A DNA stretch of 64,000 bases from Basidiobolus meristosporus CBS 931.73 (taxonomy: Eukaryota; Fungi; Basidiobolomycota): contig MCFE01000085.1 of assembly GCA_002104905.1 (NCBI GenBank), positions 1 to 64,000 of the forward strand. The letters are read 5' to 3'. The position numbers and the translations under genes were made by a program. The first letter of the stretch is position 1. The number at the start of each line of letters is the position of its first letter. Of the stretch, positions 12,056 through 23,854 are shown one piece after another. The notes under the pieces are model-generated. The model searched no databases. It saw only the letters and a program-made list of their open reading frames with translations, and was not told the origin of the DNA.

Positions 12056-15000
12056 TAAATGTTCATACTGACTAGTCCTAATTTTGACCTAAGATATTCA
12101 AACTTGTCTCTAGCTAATGGTTTGGTAAATATGTCTGCAATCATTTCATCTGTAGGACAGTAAACTAAGCTAACTAAGTTATTCTCTATAGCTTCACGTA
12201 TGAAATGATGTCTAATATCTATGTGCTTGGTTCTAGCATGAAAAGTTGGATTTCTACCTAATTGTATACATCCTTGATTATCTTGAAATAAAGTAATAGG
12301 CGTTTTTTGACATAGGCCTAAATCTGTAAAGAGCTTTCTTAACCACATTGCTTCTTTTGTAGCTTCACAGGCTGCCATATACTCTGCCTCTGTAGTAGAA
12401 AGTGCTACGGTTGGTTGCTTTCTTGAATTCCATGAAATGGCTCCTTTACAGTAAAGAAAGGTATATCCTGTGGTGGATCTTCTGTCTTCTAAATTTCGTC
12501 CCCAATCAGCATCAGAGTATCCCACAAGATCCTGTTCTGAATCCTTATAAGTGTATCTTAAGCAGATATCAGCAGTTCCTTTTAGGTATCTAAAAATCCG
12601 CTTAACTGCTGCAATATGATCAGATCCATAATTCTGATTATGTTGGCTGACAACTCCCACTGAATATGAGATATCTGGACGTGTTCCAAGCATGATATAC
12701 ATCAGACTGCCGACCATAGATTGATAAGGAAAGTCAGGGCTTTCAGATGGCACCAAGCTCTCTTGATTTGGTTGAGTTTTGACCAAGTTAAGGTTTGTCT
12801 CCATTGGGGTAGCTGCCGGTTTGCAGTCTTCCATTTTGTACTTCATTAGTATATCTTGAATATACTTGGATTGGCTTAGGGTAATAGTCTGGGTACTTCT
12901 GTCTATGGAGAACTTAATCCCTAAGTAGTAACTAAGTTCTCCTAGATCGGACATCTTGAACTCCTTAGATAGGCTGGATTTAGTCTCTTCCAATGTTTCT
13001 AGGTTATTGGCGGCTATAATAAGATCATCCACATATAGAGCTAATAGAACTGGATTTGCTCTATCTGGCTTATAGTATATACTATAGTCAGCATTACTCC
13101 TTTTGAAACTCAAAGATTCCAAATAAGAATCTATCTTGCAATTCCAGGCTCTCGGTGATTGTTTGAGACCATATAGTGACTTTTTAAGCTTGCAGACCAA
13201 ATGGGGGTTATCTTGGTCCACAAACCCATCAGGCTGGTCCATATACACGTCCTCATCAAGTTCTCCATTCAAAAATGCAGTTTTTACATCCATTTGATGA
13301 ATAAAAAACTTATATTTGGCTGCAATAGCCAATATTAATCTGATGGAATTAAACTTGGCTACCGGTGCAAAGGTCTCAGTATAGTCAAGTCCTTTTGTTT
13401 GAGAGTATCCTTTGGCTACAAGTCTTGCTTTGTATCTTTCAATTGTACCATCAGCCTTGTATTTTGTCTTGAAGACCCATCTGCATCCAATTGATTTTCG
13501 GTTGATTGGTAATTTGACTAAGTCCCAAGTTTGATTTTCCATCAGTGCCTGATATTCCTCAGTCATTGCAGATCTCCAAAACTTCGTCTGAGGGCTATTT
13601 AGGGCCTCTTTTACAGTCTGGGGTTCATCAATATGGACTGAATAGGCATAGGCTAAGTTTGTACCCTCATTGATATAGTAATTTGGGCTATTTCTTGTCC
13701 GATTGGATCTCCGGGCATTTGATACTGGAATGATCACTTCTGGGATATTCCTGGGCACTGATTCTGGCTGAACCACGGTTGTAGAGTCCTCTGGAGTGAA
13801 AAAATTTTCATTGTTTTGCTCTGATTCAATCCTGACAATTGGTGGACTTGAGATCAAATTTTCGTCATCATCTGATGTCATTTTTTGTGAAAATTTTGAA
13901 TTTTCATCAAACAACACATCCCTGGACTTGATCAGCTTCTTTGCTTCGGTATTGTAGAGTCTGTATGCCTTACTCTCATTGCAGTAGCCCAAAAATATGC
14001 ATTTTACACTTTTTGGCTCAAATTTTGACTGATTTCCGGCCAGTTTTTTGGCATATGCTGTACACCCAAATATTCTTAGATGTTCTGCACTTGGTCTGTA
14101 TCCATACCATGCTTCAAATGGAGTAGAATCACGAAGTATTCTGTTATAACTCCTATTTTTAAGATATACAGCAGTGGCAACTGATTCCGCCCAAAAATCA
14201 TAGGATAATTTTTGATCATGGATCATAGATCTTGCCATATCAATTATTGATCTGTTAGCTCGTTCTGCTACTCCATTTTGCTGTGGGGAGTATGGTACAG
14301 TAGTCTCTTGCTTTATCCCATGAATTTTGCAGAAGTGGATGAAGAGTTTTGAGGTATATTCTCCACCATTGTCAGAGCGTATTTTCTTGATTTTTTCACC
14401 AGTTTCTCTCTCCACCATGGCTTTGAACTCCCTGAGCTTAGACAGAGCTTCTTCCTTTCTCTCCATGAAGTAGACCCATGTGTATCTTGTATAATCATCA
14501 ATAAAAGTGATTAAATACTTCATCCCGCCTAAGGATAAATTTTGCATAGGTCCACACAGATCTGAGTGAATTAGATCTAATTTTTTCTTAGTTTTGATTA
14601 ACCCAGAGCTCTTGAACGGTTGTCTGGCTTGTTTCCCATATATGCAGGCTTCACAGTGCTCCAAATTAGCTGGGGGATCAATTTTCACTCCAGAAATTAG
14701 CTGATCTTTGATCATTTTACGCAAATAATCAAAATTGATGTGTCCAAATCTCCTGTGCCAAAGCATTGGTGTTTCTTCATTTAAGTTACTTATATTGGCT
14801 TCCAGATATGATGGAATATAAGTCAACTTGTATAGGTTCTGATCTCTGATGCCCGAAGCAATATGAGCACCATTTTGATCAGTGATCCTGCATCCAGAAT
14901 TGTCAAAACTGAAACTGAGTCCTTCTGCTGTGGCCTTGCTTACAGAGAGTAGGTTCTTGGCTATTTCTGGTACATAGAGTACTTCTTTAAAGGTCAGTGT

Positions 15001-16026
15001 ATGGCTTCCTTCACTGCTTCTAAGGTTTACTTGGATAGTTCCTTCTCCCACTGCATCAAGTGTTCTATCGTCACCCATGAAAACCTTCTTAATTGGAATT
15101 TCTTGATATTGGGTAAAAAGTTCTTTTTGGTGTGTAAAGTGTTGAGAAGCTCCAGAGTCAATATACCACGTCTGAGAATCCTTGTTTGTGGTCATATTTA
15201 GTGCAGATATGAATAGTCTATCTTCAGTTGTTGCAGCATTTCCATATTCAGGCTTCTTTTGCTGATAATCTCTCTTTTTGAAACATCGGTCTGATGTGTG
15301 TCCTTTCCTTTTGCAGTAGTTGCAAAATAGGTTGCTGTTGCCTTTGTAGGGTCTTGGGTACCTCCTTTGTTGGTTATCATTGCTTATTAAAGCATTTTCT
15401 TCTTCCTTCTTATTGGCGCTTGATTTTCTTAATTCTTCATCCAGGAGCCTTCCATATACGTAATTTAAGGTCAAATCTTCAGTTCTGGACTCTAGGGCTG
15501 ATACAAGGCCCTGAAACTCGTCTGTCAGGCTATTCAGGATGGTAACTATCACATCCTCATCAGTAGTTGGTACGCCCACAGATTCCATCTCATCTACCAG
15601 CAGGGTAATTCTGTTAATTAGATTTTTCATTTCTTCTCCTGGCAGCATCTTTGTAGTAAAGAATTTTCTTCTCAGATACATTTTCTTGGCAGCTGAACAT
15701 GACTGGTAGGTGTCTTCTAATGCCTTCCAGGCATTCTTTGCCGTTTTTGCTCTTGAGCATTGAATTAGCAATTTGTCCTTGACATTAAGGCAAATGCAGT
15801 TAAAGGCACTTTGTTCTTTCTTCTGGTACTTTAAGGCTTCCTCTCCCACGTTTTTAGGAGGGCATTCTTCTCCCATGACAATATCCCAAAGGCCTCTTTC
15901 TTGCAGCAGCATCTTCATCTTCACCTTCCACACTTGGTAGTTAGATCCATCCAACTTTTCAGCAGAGGGAAAAATTCCAGTAATAGCAGTAGTAGACATT
16001 GCAGAGAGTGACAGCTCGGGGCTCAT
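12055..16026 (-). CDS. Single-ORF Gag-Pol polyprotein (Gag, PR, IN, RT, RNaseH in copia order), about 1323 aa from the PBS ATG
   Basis: Knuckle CNYCKRKGHTSDRC, protease DSGAS, GAG-pre-integrase LWHRRFGH, IN core (HSD..., RSDNGGEY, PQQNGVAER), RT YVDD, RNaseH. The ORF-track extension to 16158 lies inside the LTR. Confidence 0.95.
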   Translation of the reverse strand: MSPELSLSAMSTTAITGIFPSAEKLDGSNYQVWKVKMKMLLQERGLWDIVMGEECPPKNVGEEALKYQKKEQSAFNCICLNVKDKLLIQCSRAKTAKNAWKALEDTYQSCSAAKKMYLRRKFFTTKMLPGEEMKNLINRITLLVDEMESVGVPTTDEDVIVTILNSLTDEFQGLVSALESRTEDLTLNYVYGRLLDEELRKSSANKKEEENALISNDNQQRRYPRPYKGNSNLFCNYCKRKGHTSDRCFKKRDYQQKKPEYGNAATTEDRLFISALNMTTNKDSQTWYIDSGASQHFTHQKELFTQYQEIPIKKVFMGDDRTLDAVGEGTIQVNLRSSEGSHTLTFKEVLYVPEIAKNLLSVSKATAEGLSFSFDNSGCRITDQNGAHIASGIRDQNLYKLTYIPSYLEANISNLNEETPMLWHRRFGHINFDYLRKMIKDQLISGVKIDPPANLEHCEACIYGKQARQPFKSSGLIKTKKKLDLIHSDLCGPMQNLSLGGMKYLITFIDDYTRYTWVYFMERKEEALSKLREFKAMVERETGEKIKKIRSDNGGEYTSKLFIHFCKIHGIKQETTVPYSPQQNGVAERANRSIIDMARSMIHDQKLSYDFWAESVATAVYLKNRSYNRILRDSTPFEAWYGYRPSAEHLRIFGCTAYAKKLAGNQSKFEPKSVKCIFLGYCNESKAYRLYNTEAKKLIKSRDVLFDENSKFSQKMTSDDDENLISSPPIVRIESEQNNENFFTPEDSTTVVQPESVPRNIPEVIIPVSNARRSNRTRNSPNYYINEGTNLAYAYSVHIDEPQTVKEALNSPQTKFWRSAMTEEYQALMENQTWDLVKLPINRKSIGCRWVFKTKYKADGTIERYKARLVAKGYSQTKGLDYTETFAPVAKFNSIRLILAIAAKYKFFIHQMDVKTAFLNGELDEDVYMDQPDGFVDQDNPHLVCKLKKSLYGLKQSPRAWNCKIDSYLESLSFKRSNADYSIYYKPDRANPVLLALYVDDLIIAANNLETLEETKSSLSKEFKMSDLGELSYYLGIKFSIDRSTQTITLSQSKYIQDILMKYKMEDCKPAATPMETNLNLVKTQPNQESLVPSESPDFPYQSMVGSLMYIMLGTRPDISYSVGVVSQHNQNYGSDHIAAVKRIFRYLKGTADICLRYTYKDSEQDLVGYSDADWGRNLEDRRSTTGYTFLYCKGAISWNSRKQPTVALSTTEAEYMAACEATKEAMWLRKLFTDLGLCQKTPITLFQDNQGCIQLGRNPTFHARTKHIDIRHHFIREAIENNLVSLVYCPTDEMIADIFTKPLARDKFEYLRSKLGLVSMNI

Positions 16027-16030
16027 AACC
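16018..16030 (-). promoter_or_regulatory. Primer-binding site complementary to the anticodon arm of initiator tRNA-Met (half-tRNA priming type)
   Basis: GGTTATGAGCCCC immediately 3' of the 5' LTR, the same type as the PBS of yeast Ty5 and Drosophila copia. Also at 3892-3904, 9704-9716 and 45081-45093. Confidence 0.85.
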
Positions 16031-18769
16031 TGTTGTAAGAGTCTTGGAGATATTGGAAGTGATTTGGAGAACAAGTAGATTATGTGGTTTTCACTTAATG
16101 ATTTATTGAATGTAAAAGTAGTATTTATACTTTTACATGGTCTTGGCATTACAAACACGTAGAATAGGTTAAGGAAGGTCCCAAGAACATGTGTGCAAAG
16201 TTTGGGGCTGTTTGGACAACTTTGAGAATTTTCATGTTCTGGGTACCTGGTATTTTGGTGAAAATATTCTAAGTAAATCCCGACAAGGAATTTGGTCAGT
16301 ATTCTCTAGGATTTGAAGGTGATGATCTAAGTGACTAAGTTAGGTGAATATTTAGGTGGAAAATACGAATTTTTACAACAGAAATCAGTCAAAATTTGAG
16401 CCAAATAGTGTAAAATGCATATTTTTGGGCTACTGCTATGAGAGTAAAGCATACAGACTCTACAGTACCAAAGCAAAGAAGCCAATCAAGTTCAGGGATG
16501 TGTTGTTTGATCAAAATTCAAAATTTTCACAAATAATGACATCAGATGATGACAAAAATTTGATCTCAAGTCCACCAATTGTCAGGATTGAATCAGAGCA
16601 AAACAATGAGAATTATTCACTCCAGAGGACTCTACAACCATGATTCAGCCAGAATCAGTGCCCAGGAATATCCCAGAAGTGATCATTCCAGTGTCAAATG
16701 CCCGGAGATCCAATCAGACAAGAAATAGCCCAATTTACTGTATCAATGAGGGTAAAACCTAGCATATGCCTATTCAGTTCATGTTGATGTACCCCAGACT
16801 GTAAAAGAGGCCCTAAATAGCCCTCAGATGAAGTTTTGGAGATTTGTAATGACTGAGGAATATCAGGCCCTGATGGAAAATCAAACTTGGGACTTGGTCA
16901 AATTACTAATCAACCAAAAATCAATTGGATGCCGATGGGTCTTCAAGACAAGATACAAGGCTGATGGTACAATTGCAAGATACAAAGCAAGACTTGTGGC
17001 CAAAGGATACCCTCAAACAAAAGGACTTGACTATACTGAGACCTTTGCACTGGTAGCCAAGTTCAATTCCATTAGATTAATATTGGCTATTACAGCCAAA
17101 TATAAGGTTTTTAATCATCAAATGGATGTAAAAACTGCATTTTTGAATGGAGAACTTGATGAGGATGTGTATACAGACCAGCCTGATGGGTTTGCTGACC
17201 AAGATAGCCCCTATTTGGTCTGTAAGCTTAAAAAGTCACTATATGGTCTCAAACAGTCCCCAAGAGCCTGGAATTGCAAGATAGATTCTTATTTGGAATC
17301 TTTGAGTTACAAAAGGAGTAATGCTGATTAAAGTATATACTATAAGCCAGATAGAGCAAATCCAGTTTTATTAGCTCTATATATTGATGCTCTTATTATA
17401 GCCGCCAATAACCTAGAAATATTGGAAGAGACTAAATCCAGCCTATCTAAGGAGTTCAAGATGCCCAATCTAGGAAAACTCTGTCACTACTTAGGGATTA
17501 AGTTCTCCATAGACAGAAGTAACCAGACTATTACCCTAAGTCAATCCAAGTATATTTTCAGATATACTAAAGAAGTACCAAATGGAAGACTGTAAACTGG
17601 CAGCTACCCCAATGGAGACAAACCTTAACTTGATCAACACTCAACCAAATCAAGAAAGCTTGGTGCCATATGAAAGTCCAGAATTCCTTTAGCAGTCTAC
17701 AGCTGGCTGTCTAATGTGTATCATATTTGGAACAGGTCCAGATATCACATATTCTGTAGGGGTTGTCAGCTAGCACATTCTGAATTATGGATCTGATCAT
17801 ATTGTGGCAGTGAAATGGATTTTTAGATACCTAAAAAGAACTGCTGATATTGGCTTAAGGTACACCTACAAGGATTAAGAACTGGATCTTGTGGGATACT
17901 CTGATGCTGATTGGGGACTAAATCTAAAAGATAGAATATCCACCACAGGATACACCTTTCTTTTCTGTAAAGGAGCAATCTTATGGAATTCAAGAAACCA
18001 ATCAACCATAGCACTTTCAACCACAGAGGCAGAGTCAATGGCAGCCTATGAGGCTACAACTCAAGCAATGTGGCTAACAAAGCTTTCTCAAGACTTGGGC
18101 TTATGTCCAATAATGCCTATTACTTGATTTCAAGATCATTAAGGCTATAAGCAATTAGGTAGAAATCTAACTTTTCATGCTAGAACTGAGCACATCAATA
18201 CTATAAGTCATTTCATATATGAAGCTATAGAAAATAGCTTAGTTACCTTAGTTTATTGTCTTACAGATGAAATGATTGCAAACATATTTGCCAAACCATT
18301 AGCTAGAGACAAATTTGAATATATTTGATCAAAATTGGGACAAGTCAGTATGAACATTTGGCTGAGTGGGAGTGTTGTAAGATTGTGAACTCCACCTAAA
18401 TATTCTTTTAGCTCAGTCACCTAAATCATTACCTACAAATCTTAGTGAATACCTACCAAATTCCTTGTTGGGATTCACTAAGAATATTTTCACCAAAACA
18501 TCAGGCACTCAGAACATGAAAGTTAAATAAGTTGTCCAAACAGCCCCAAACTTTGCATACATATTTATGGGACCGTCTTAAGCTTACTTTACATGTTTAT
18601 TATACCAAGACCATTTAAAAGTATAAATACCACTTTTACATTCAATAAATCATTAAGTAAAGCCAAATAATCTACTTGTTCTCCAATTCACTTCCTATAT
18701 CTCCAGGATTTTGCTTCAGTTTTGGCATAAAGTGGCTATTGCTTTTGGATATATGAGTACCCCCATTAC

Positions 18770-19113
18770 TGCTGTAAGAATTTTGGAGGTATAGGAAGTG
18801 ATTTGGAGAACAAGTAGATTATGTGTTTTTCACTTAATGATTTATTGAATGTAAAAGTAGTATTTATACTTTTACATGGTCTTGGCATAACAAACATGTA
18901 GAGTACGCTTAGGAAGGTCCCAAGTATATGTATGTAAAGTTTGGGGCTGTTTGGACAACTTACCGAATTTTCATGCTCTGGGTACCAGATGTTTTGGTGA
19001 AAATATTTCAAGTAAATCCCGATATTTGGTCAGTATTCTCTAAGATTTGTAGGTAATGATCTTGGTGACTAAGTTAGGTGAATATTTAGGAGGAATTCCG
19101 AGTTTTTACAACA
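18770..19113 (-). mobile_element. Solo or orphan copia LTR, inverted relative to the 3' LTR of element B
   Basis: TGCTGT...ACAACA termini and family homology. No matching TSD found. Confidence 0.85.
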
Positions 19114-19910
19114 GTATCCTCCTAGAAAATACACTTTCTTGTCCAAGAAGTAGCTAGTACCTGAGATATCAGGTGTTGTTAGTTAAGAGTAATTTAGAAT
19201 TAAGCTGATATTATGATGGCATACTGCTGGCCTTTAATTTTTTTTTCTCTTAGGATAGTAGTCAACTCACTTACAAAAAAAAGTCATTTTTTCAATTGTC
19301 CAAGCCACGCCTGCTCTATTGACCACCCAAAGCTTTGTGATCCTTTCCTGTGCTTGTAGTTAGCCTCAAGATTCTTTATACAAGAATGAATAGTGCTGTA
19401 CTTAACTCAGGTTTGGATCTTGATGTTATGATAGCCTTAGCGTTTCAAGGGAGTAACACAAAAAGCATCTTGTTACTTAAATTACATCCAATACTTCCCT
19501 ACAAATTGCAGCAGAAAGCTTCACAAGAGGCATAAATCCCGTATTTTTTCTCAATTGGGCAACATGTGAAGAGCAAAAATACATGTAGTCCTCAGCAACT
19601 TCAAATCATCAAAATCTACAGGGGACAGGAGTAAAAAGAGAAGGATTTTTCCGAGAAGTTACCTTCTTGGAAGCCAACGTGAACTCAAAATCAAGTTTGT
19701 AAAATCATATTCCTGAGTGTACCCTGGTCGCTATATTGAAAATGGCAGTTTTTCGAAACAGTCCGATTTAGCACTCGGTTTATTGGCACCCTTTGACAAA
19801 TACGAGGATTATAGTAATTTTTGTATTGAGATAATGCGAAGGTACCTCAGCATATCGTCAACACATTCATGCCCATCACACGATGTTCTTAGTAACTGTG
19901 TGGCAAGTGA

Positions 19911-19931
19911 GGGTTAGGGCTAGGGCTAGGG
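19911..19931 (+). repeat. Short telomere-like array GGG-TTAGGG-CTAGGG-CTAGGG
   Basis: Read directly; lies near the left edge of the gene island. Confidence 0.7.
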
Positions 19932-20994
19932 TGGCGAGTTATTAATGTTACAGGCCAAAATAGGGGAATTACATGATACAGGATCTCGATCGTCGCGCTA
20001 TTCCGAAATGCTGCAAAACCTTTGTACTAAGCTAGTTCAGGAGATGTGCTCGGATAACAGATATCAATCATTCACAAATGGATGCAGAGTTAATAAGGCA
20101 AGCCGTAGCTACAAACATTGTAGATATGCTAATGATTACGATCGGCGTTAGAACCGTCGACTAGGCAAGCAACCACTCTACCCCATATCAAGCGCCCATC
20201 AACATGCTATATCTACATATCTGCTAGGTACTTTACGAGCACCTCTCCATTCGGCTTTATTCCACGGCTCCCGACGGGATTTGGGGTGAGCGGAACCCAT
20301 CAAAGAAGGTTGCTGGGAATTAGTCCAATTCATAATTGGAAGCGAGAAACTGTATCTTATCGAACAATTCAAGCAGGTCAACAGAAAAGGAAAAATGCAA
20401 TTATTAATTCCACTTCGAGCACATGTTTTTATTTCATTACAAAGTGAGCGGCACCAGGCATTTTTGGATGTAACTTTACTATCTTTGTTGCCATATCAAT
20501 CACCTTGATAACGGCCATGCAACGCTTGTCCTTCTAAAGAGGAGAGAAATGATTCCATATTCCAGTCCATATATAGATCAATTAGTGCTAAACAAGGGTT
20601 TTAGATTCCAGGAAATGGCCACGCGTTTTAGTCAAGCAAATCGTGCAATATTGCCAACTTGGAAACATCTTGCCAATTACCTAGGCTCTTTCTTATCGAT
20701 AAAAGTTCCGTCTATTAATATATTTCCCTGGCTGTAGTCCAACTGTGAGCAAGAAGCTATGCAACATTTTAGAGTCTAGTTTAAATCTCGGTCCGCTCGA
20801 ATTCTGCATTTATCTTGCATGATTTAAGCAGGAATCTATGCAGCTTCATCGATGATGAAAAACCTTTTCATTCTGATTTTTCAGAGTCGCCAGTTGACTA
20901 CTGAAAGAAATTTTCTACTTTTTGCTCTGCTACTTGGTTGACCAACTCCCTTCGAAATAACCATACTCCCCCCCTCAACAAACAAGACTTTAAT

Positions 20995-21355
20995 ATGAAC
21001 TTCGGTGGCATGCGCGGTGGTTATCAACAACCTCAAAACAACCGTTTCGATCCTATGGCTATTGCCATGGCCGAGAACGAGCTAGACATGGTGACCGACC
21101 TTTATAACCGGTAAGTAGATCACATTGACCTTGACATTGCAAGCGCAACGAGCTGACACTTTAACTGGCAACAGCATCATCGATTCTTGTCATAAAAAGT
21201 GCATCAACAAGAAGTACGAAAGCGCCGAGCTTAGCAATGAAGAGAACACCTGCATCGACAATTGCGTGGCCCAGTTCTTCCAAGTCAACCAGCTTGTTGG
21301 AAACAAACTTTCCGGGATGACTCAGCAGGCCATGGGTGGCCAGATGCCCAAATAA
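20995..21355 (+). CDS. TIM10: Mitochondrial intermembrane-space small Tim chaperone Tim10, 98 aa; exons 20995-21110 and 21175-21355
   Basis: AMAENELDMVTDLYNR plus twin CX3C motifs (CHKKC, CIDNC). The 64-nt GT-AG intron has a GCTGAC branch site and splices in frame. Confidence 0.9.
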
Positions 21356-22608
21356 GCGCCTCCTCGAAAGGGCCCTTTATTTGTTGCTCTTCTATCATTA
21401 TCTGTTCAACAAGATCTTTGCATTTTCATGAAGATAGGGAAAGAAAGGAAACGTCGTGAATGAAATTTTCATTGTTTCTCCTCAAATACATCTTATAAAG
21501 TAAATACTCATTCTAGAAACTCGAGTCGACTTATCGTTTTCTTGTCTTGGGCGAGGGAAGGGGCTTTGCGTCGCTAATCAGCACTTGAGCAAGTTGATTA
21601 AATGGTGACACCGCTAAACGGATTGGTCACGTGCGGCGAGGCGCTGGATTTAGGCTTGGATTCAAGCTCCGCGGAAGCAGGACGATGGGTTTAAGACCTT
21701 ATCTCGTTGATCCGATTCCCACCCTCGTTCTAATTTCAAGAGTGGGAATTCGGGTCGTCATTTCATCAAGTGCATGCAGACCAGGGCTAATGAGCCGAAG
21801 CCTGCGCTACCACCCTGATTGCCAGCCCGCGTTGGTGCTGTATCGATAGCCGTGAAACCGATGAACGGATTTGGCAGTGGGTCGTCAATCAACCATCAGG
21901 TTGGTGCTTGGTGGTCAATATATATTAATGGAGCCAGATGTTCCAAAATAACCAGGAAGCAGGCCTGTCCGGAACCAAGGTTCTGTGCAACAATCTGAGA
22001 TTCACAAAAATAGCAGGTGGTTTCACTCGAAGATAAGGCAATGCTGACAATCAACCATATCTGTTGGGAGGGGGAGATGTCCCCATTTATCATCGCATTT
22101 AGCCCAGAATCCAATGTTATCGGCACCCTCAGCGGCCATCCGCATTTATCAGCATTGATGGAAAGTCCGCTTATCCAGCCATGTGAACTAATGCTAGGCT
22201 GGGTTTCGCTTTAGGCAAGTCTTCAAAGACTATTCCCAATCCATACGCTCGTTTCATCCTTGTTCTGTCGAGGGAATCTCCAGTAATCACTCGATGCACC
22301 AACTTGGTCGCTCCTCGACTGAAACCATTGCCATTTCCGGCTGAAATTATAAGTCAATTAACTAATGCAGCAGAAGCTGAGTTGGAAGAGCTATTGTAAA
22401 CCAGATCGAGGCACCCGTTTGTTTATCTCCAATCTGTTTTTGTTTCAACTGGTGAGTTTCCATATTCTCCTAATTGGTAGCCAAATCGATCCTTCCGTGG
22501 TGAATATAAAATCCTGCCCGCTACCTTGCTGCTCCCTCATTCCGTCGCGCTGTACAGCTTGTATCTACGAGAGCGTCCACCACCACCACCACATATATTA
22601 GATCGACT

Positions 22609-23310
22609 ATGGAATTTCACACCCAAATATTTTCTATCTTCCCTGCGAATCCCGACCAACTCCTGGACGAAACTTCTCGACCCAAGAGAAAGCAGGTGAA
22701 GAACGCATGTATTAACTGCCAGAAAGCTTGCAAAAAATGCGATGAAGGGCGTCCTTGCCAGCGGTGCATAAAATATGGGCTAGGCGACACCTGTCGCAAC
22801 TCAGTTCGCAAAGAGCGTAGAAAGGGGGAAAGACGTGGTCCATACATCAAAAAAGAGTCCAAGTCTCGCTACACCACTCCTCACAACGAACCCCATTTCT
22901 CGGTCATCTCGCCTATCAGCAATGCCACAAAACCTCAGGCCATCCCAAAAAACATCGAGCTCATGCACACACAGCAATCCGATATGGTCAGCAGCAGGTC
23001 TGCATCGCCCGCCTCGTCCTCTGGCTTTGTATCAGACCTTCTGCAGACACCACCACCCAGCCCTGCCTATCACAAGAATCTCGCCAATACTGTGTTGACC
23101 GAGGGATCTCCTAACGAGCCAGTGAAAGGCTCTCCGTACTACCCTCCGGTATCGATGCACCTGCCGTCAGCTCCTTTATTCAATGCCACATCCACCCGGG
23201 ATGTCTCTTCGCATGGTGTCTGGATGAATTCGAATCTGCAACTACCACCTCTTACCAATCACACCCAGTTGCCATCATTCCGAGAAATCCTCTCTTCAAT
23301 CAACTGCTAG
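22609..23310 (+). CDS. Zn(II)2Cys6 binuclear-cluster transcription factor (ERT1/AcuK-like cluster), 233 aa
   Basis: ACINCQKACKKCDEGRPCQRCIKYGLGDTC followed by RKERRKGERRGPY and a Ser/Pro-rich tail. Confidence 0.9.
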   Translation: MEFHTQIFSIFPANPDQLLDETSRPKRKQVKNACINCQKACKKCDEGRPCQRCIKYGLGDTCRNSVRKERRKGERRGPYIKKESKSRYTTPHNEPHFSVISPISNATKPQAIPKNIELMHTQQSDMVSSRSASPASSSGFVSDLLQTPPPSPAYHKNLANTVLTEGSPNEPVKGSPYYPPVSMHLPSAPLFNATSTRDVSSHGVWMNSNLQLPPLTNHTQLPSFREILSSINC

Positions 23311-23854
23311 ATTCGGACGCCGGATTCCATGTAAATAGCCTGCATCTCATCACCCATCGTATATACTTCCGCGCAACCGCTGTGAGGTTTGCGTCGCCAC
23401 TTGTACATTCTGAATAAATCTGTAGTGTTTCATGACCACAAATAGTTCCAATACGGCCCCTTGATGCTTTTTTGGTCGGGTACATTCATTATGCATCTTG
23501 ACCGCATGTCCCACCTGGAAGGCGCCCAGCACTGCATGAGGTTGATCCACCATATGACCCGTCCCGGATATCAAGACGTATCAGGAAAACAGGCTGACTA
23601 GAGGGCAGCCTATGACCTGGTAGTTACTCGTCGCATAGACAGACGAGGTCCAGAGTACTCGGATCTTGCTTGTGTAAACCGGATTGAACCTCGGAGAATT
23701 TTTCCCCGCCACCACCCAAGATGCATGTGCTTGCCCGCTCGCCTAGAGGTCAGCGTATGGTGGAATGCTGGTGAGACTGGGAGGGGATTTCGGAAATCAG
23801 GTATTTGCCTCATCTACGAGATTTGACTCTGCGATAGCGTGCCAAGTTGGGGTC

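Larger units (their letters stand above)
11694..16380 (-). mobile_element. Intact, very recent Ty1/copia LTR retrotransposon (element C), 4687 bp
   Basis: Two 350-bp LTRs (11694-12043, 16031-16380) that read as identical, TSD GAAAT on both sides, PBS, PPT and an uninterrupted ORF. Confidence 0.98.
9354..18710 (+). mobile_element. Old decayed copia element (B), interrupted by element C
   Basis: 5' LTR 9354-9703, PBS GGTTATGGGCCCC, broken gag/PR/IN to 11693, resumes at 16381 (LPGNQSKFEP) through RT/RNaseH, then PPT and 3' LTR from 18373. Many stops and frameshifts. Confidence 0.9.

Noticed and set aside
16027-16158. N-terminal extension MFVMPRPCKS... of Gag-Pol, and similar LTR-derived ORFs at 18766, 40595 and 52025
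   Set aside because: Lies inside the LTR and starts upstream of the probable TATA box, so it is unlikely to be on the mRNA.
1-19200. RIP as the cause of TE decay
   Set aside because: Differences between copies are mainly at CpG, CA/TG dinucleotides remain abundant, and near-identical intact copies coexist.
20995-21060. Gly/Gln/Asn-rich N-terminus of Tim10 as a novelty
   Set aside because: Small Tim N-termini are generally variable and unstructured.
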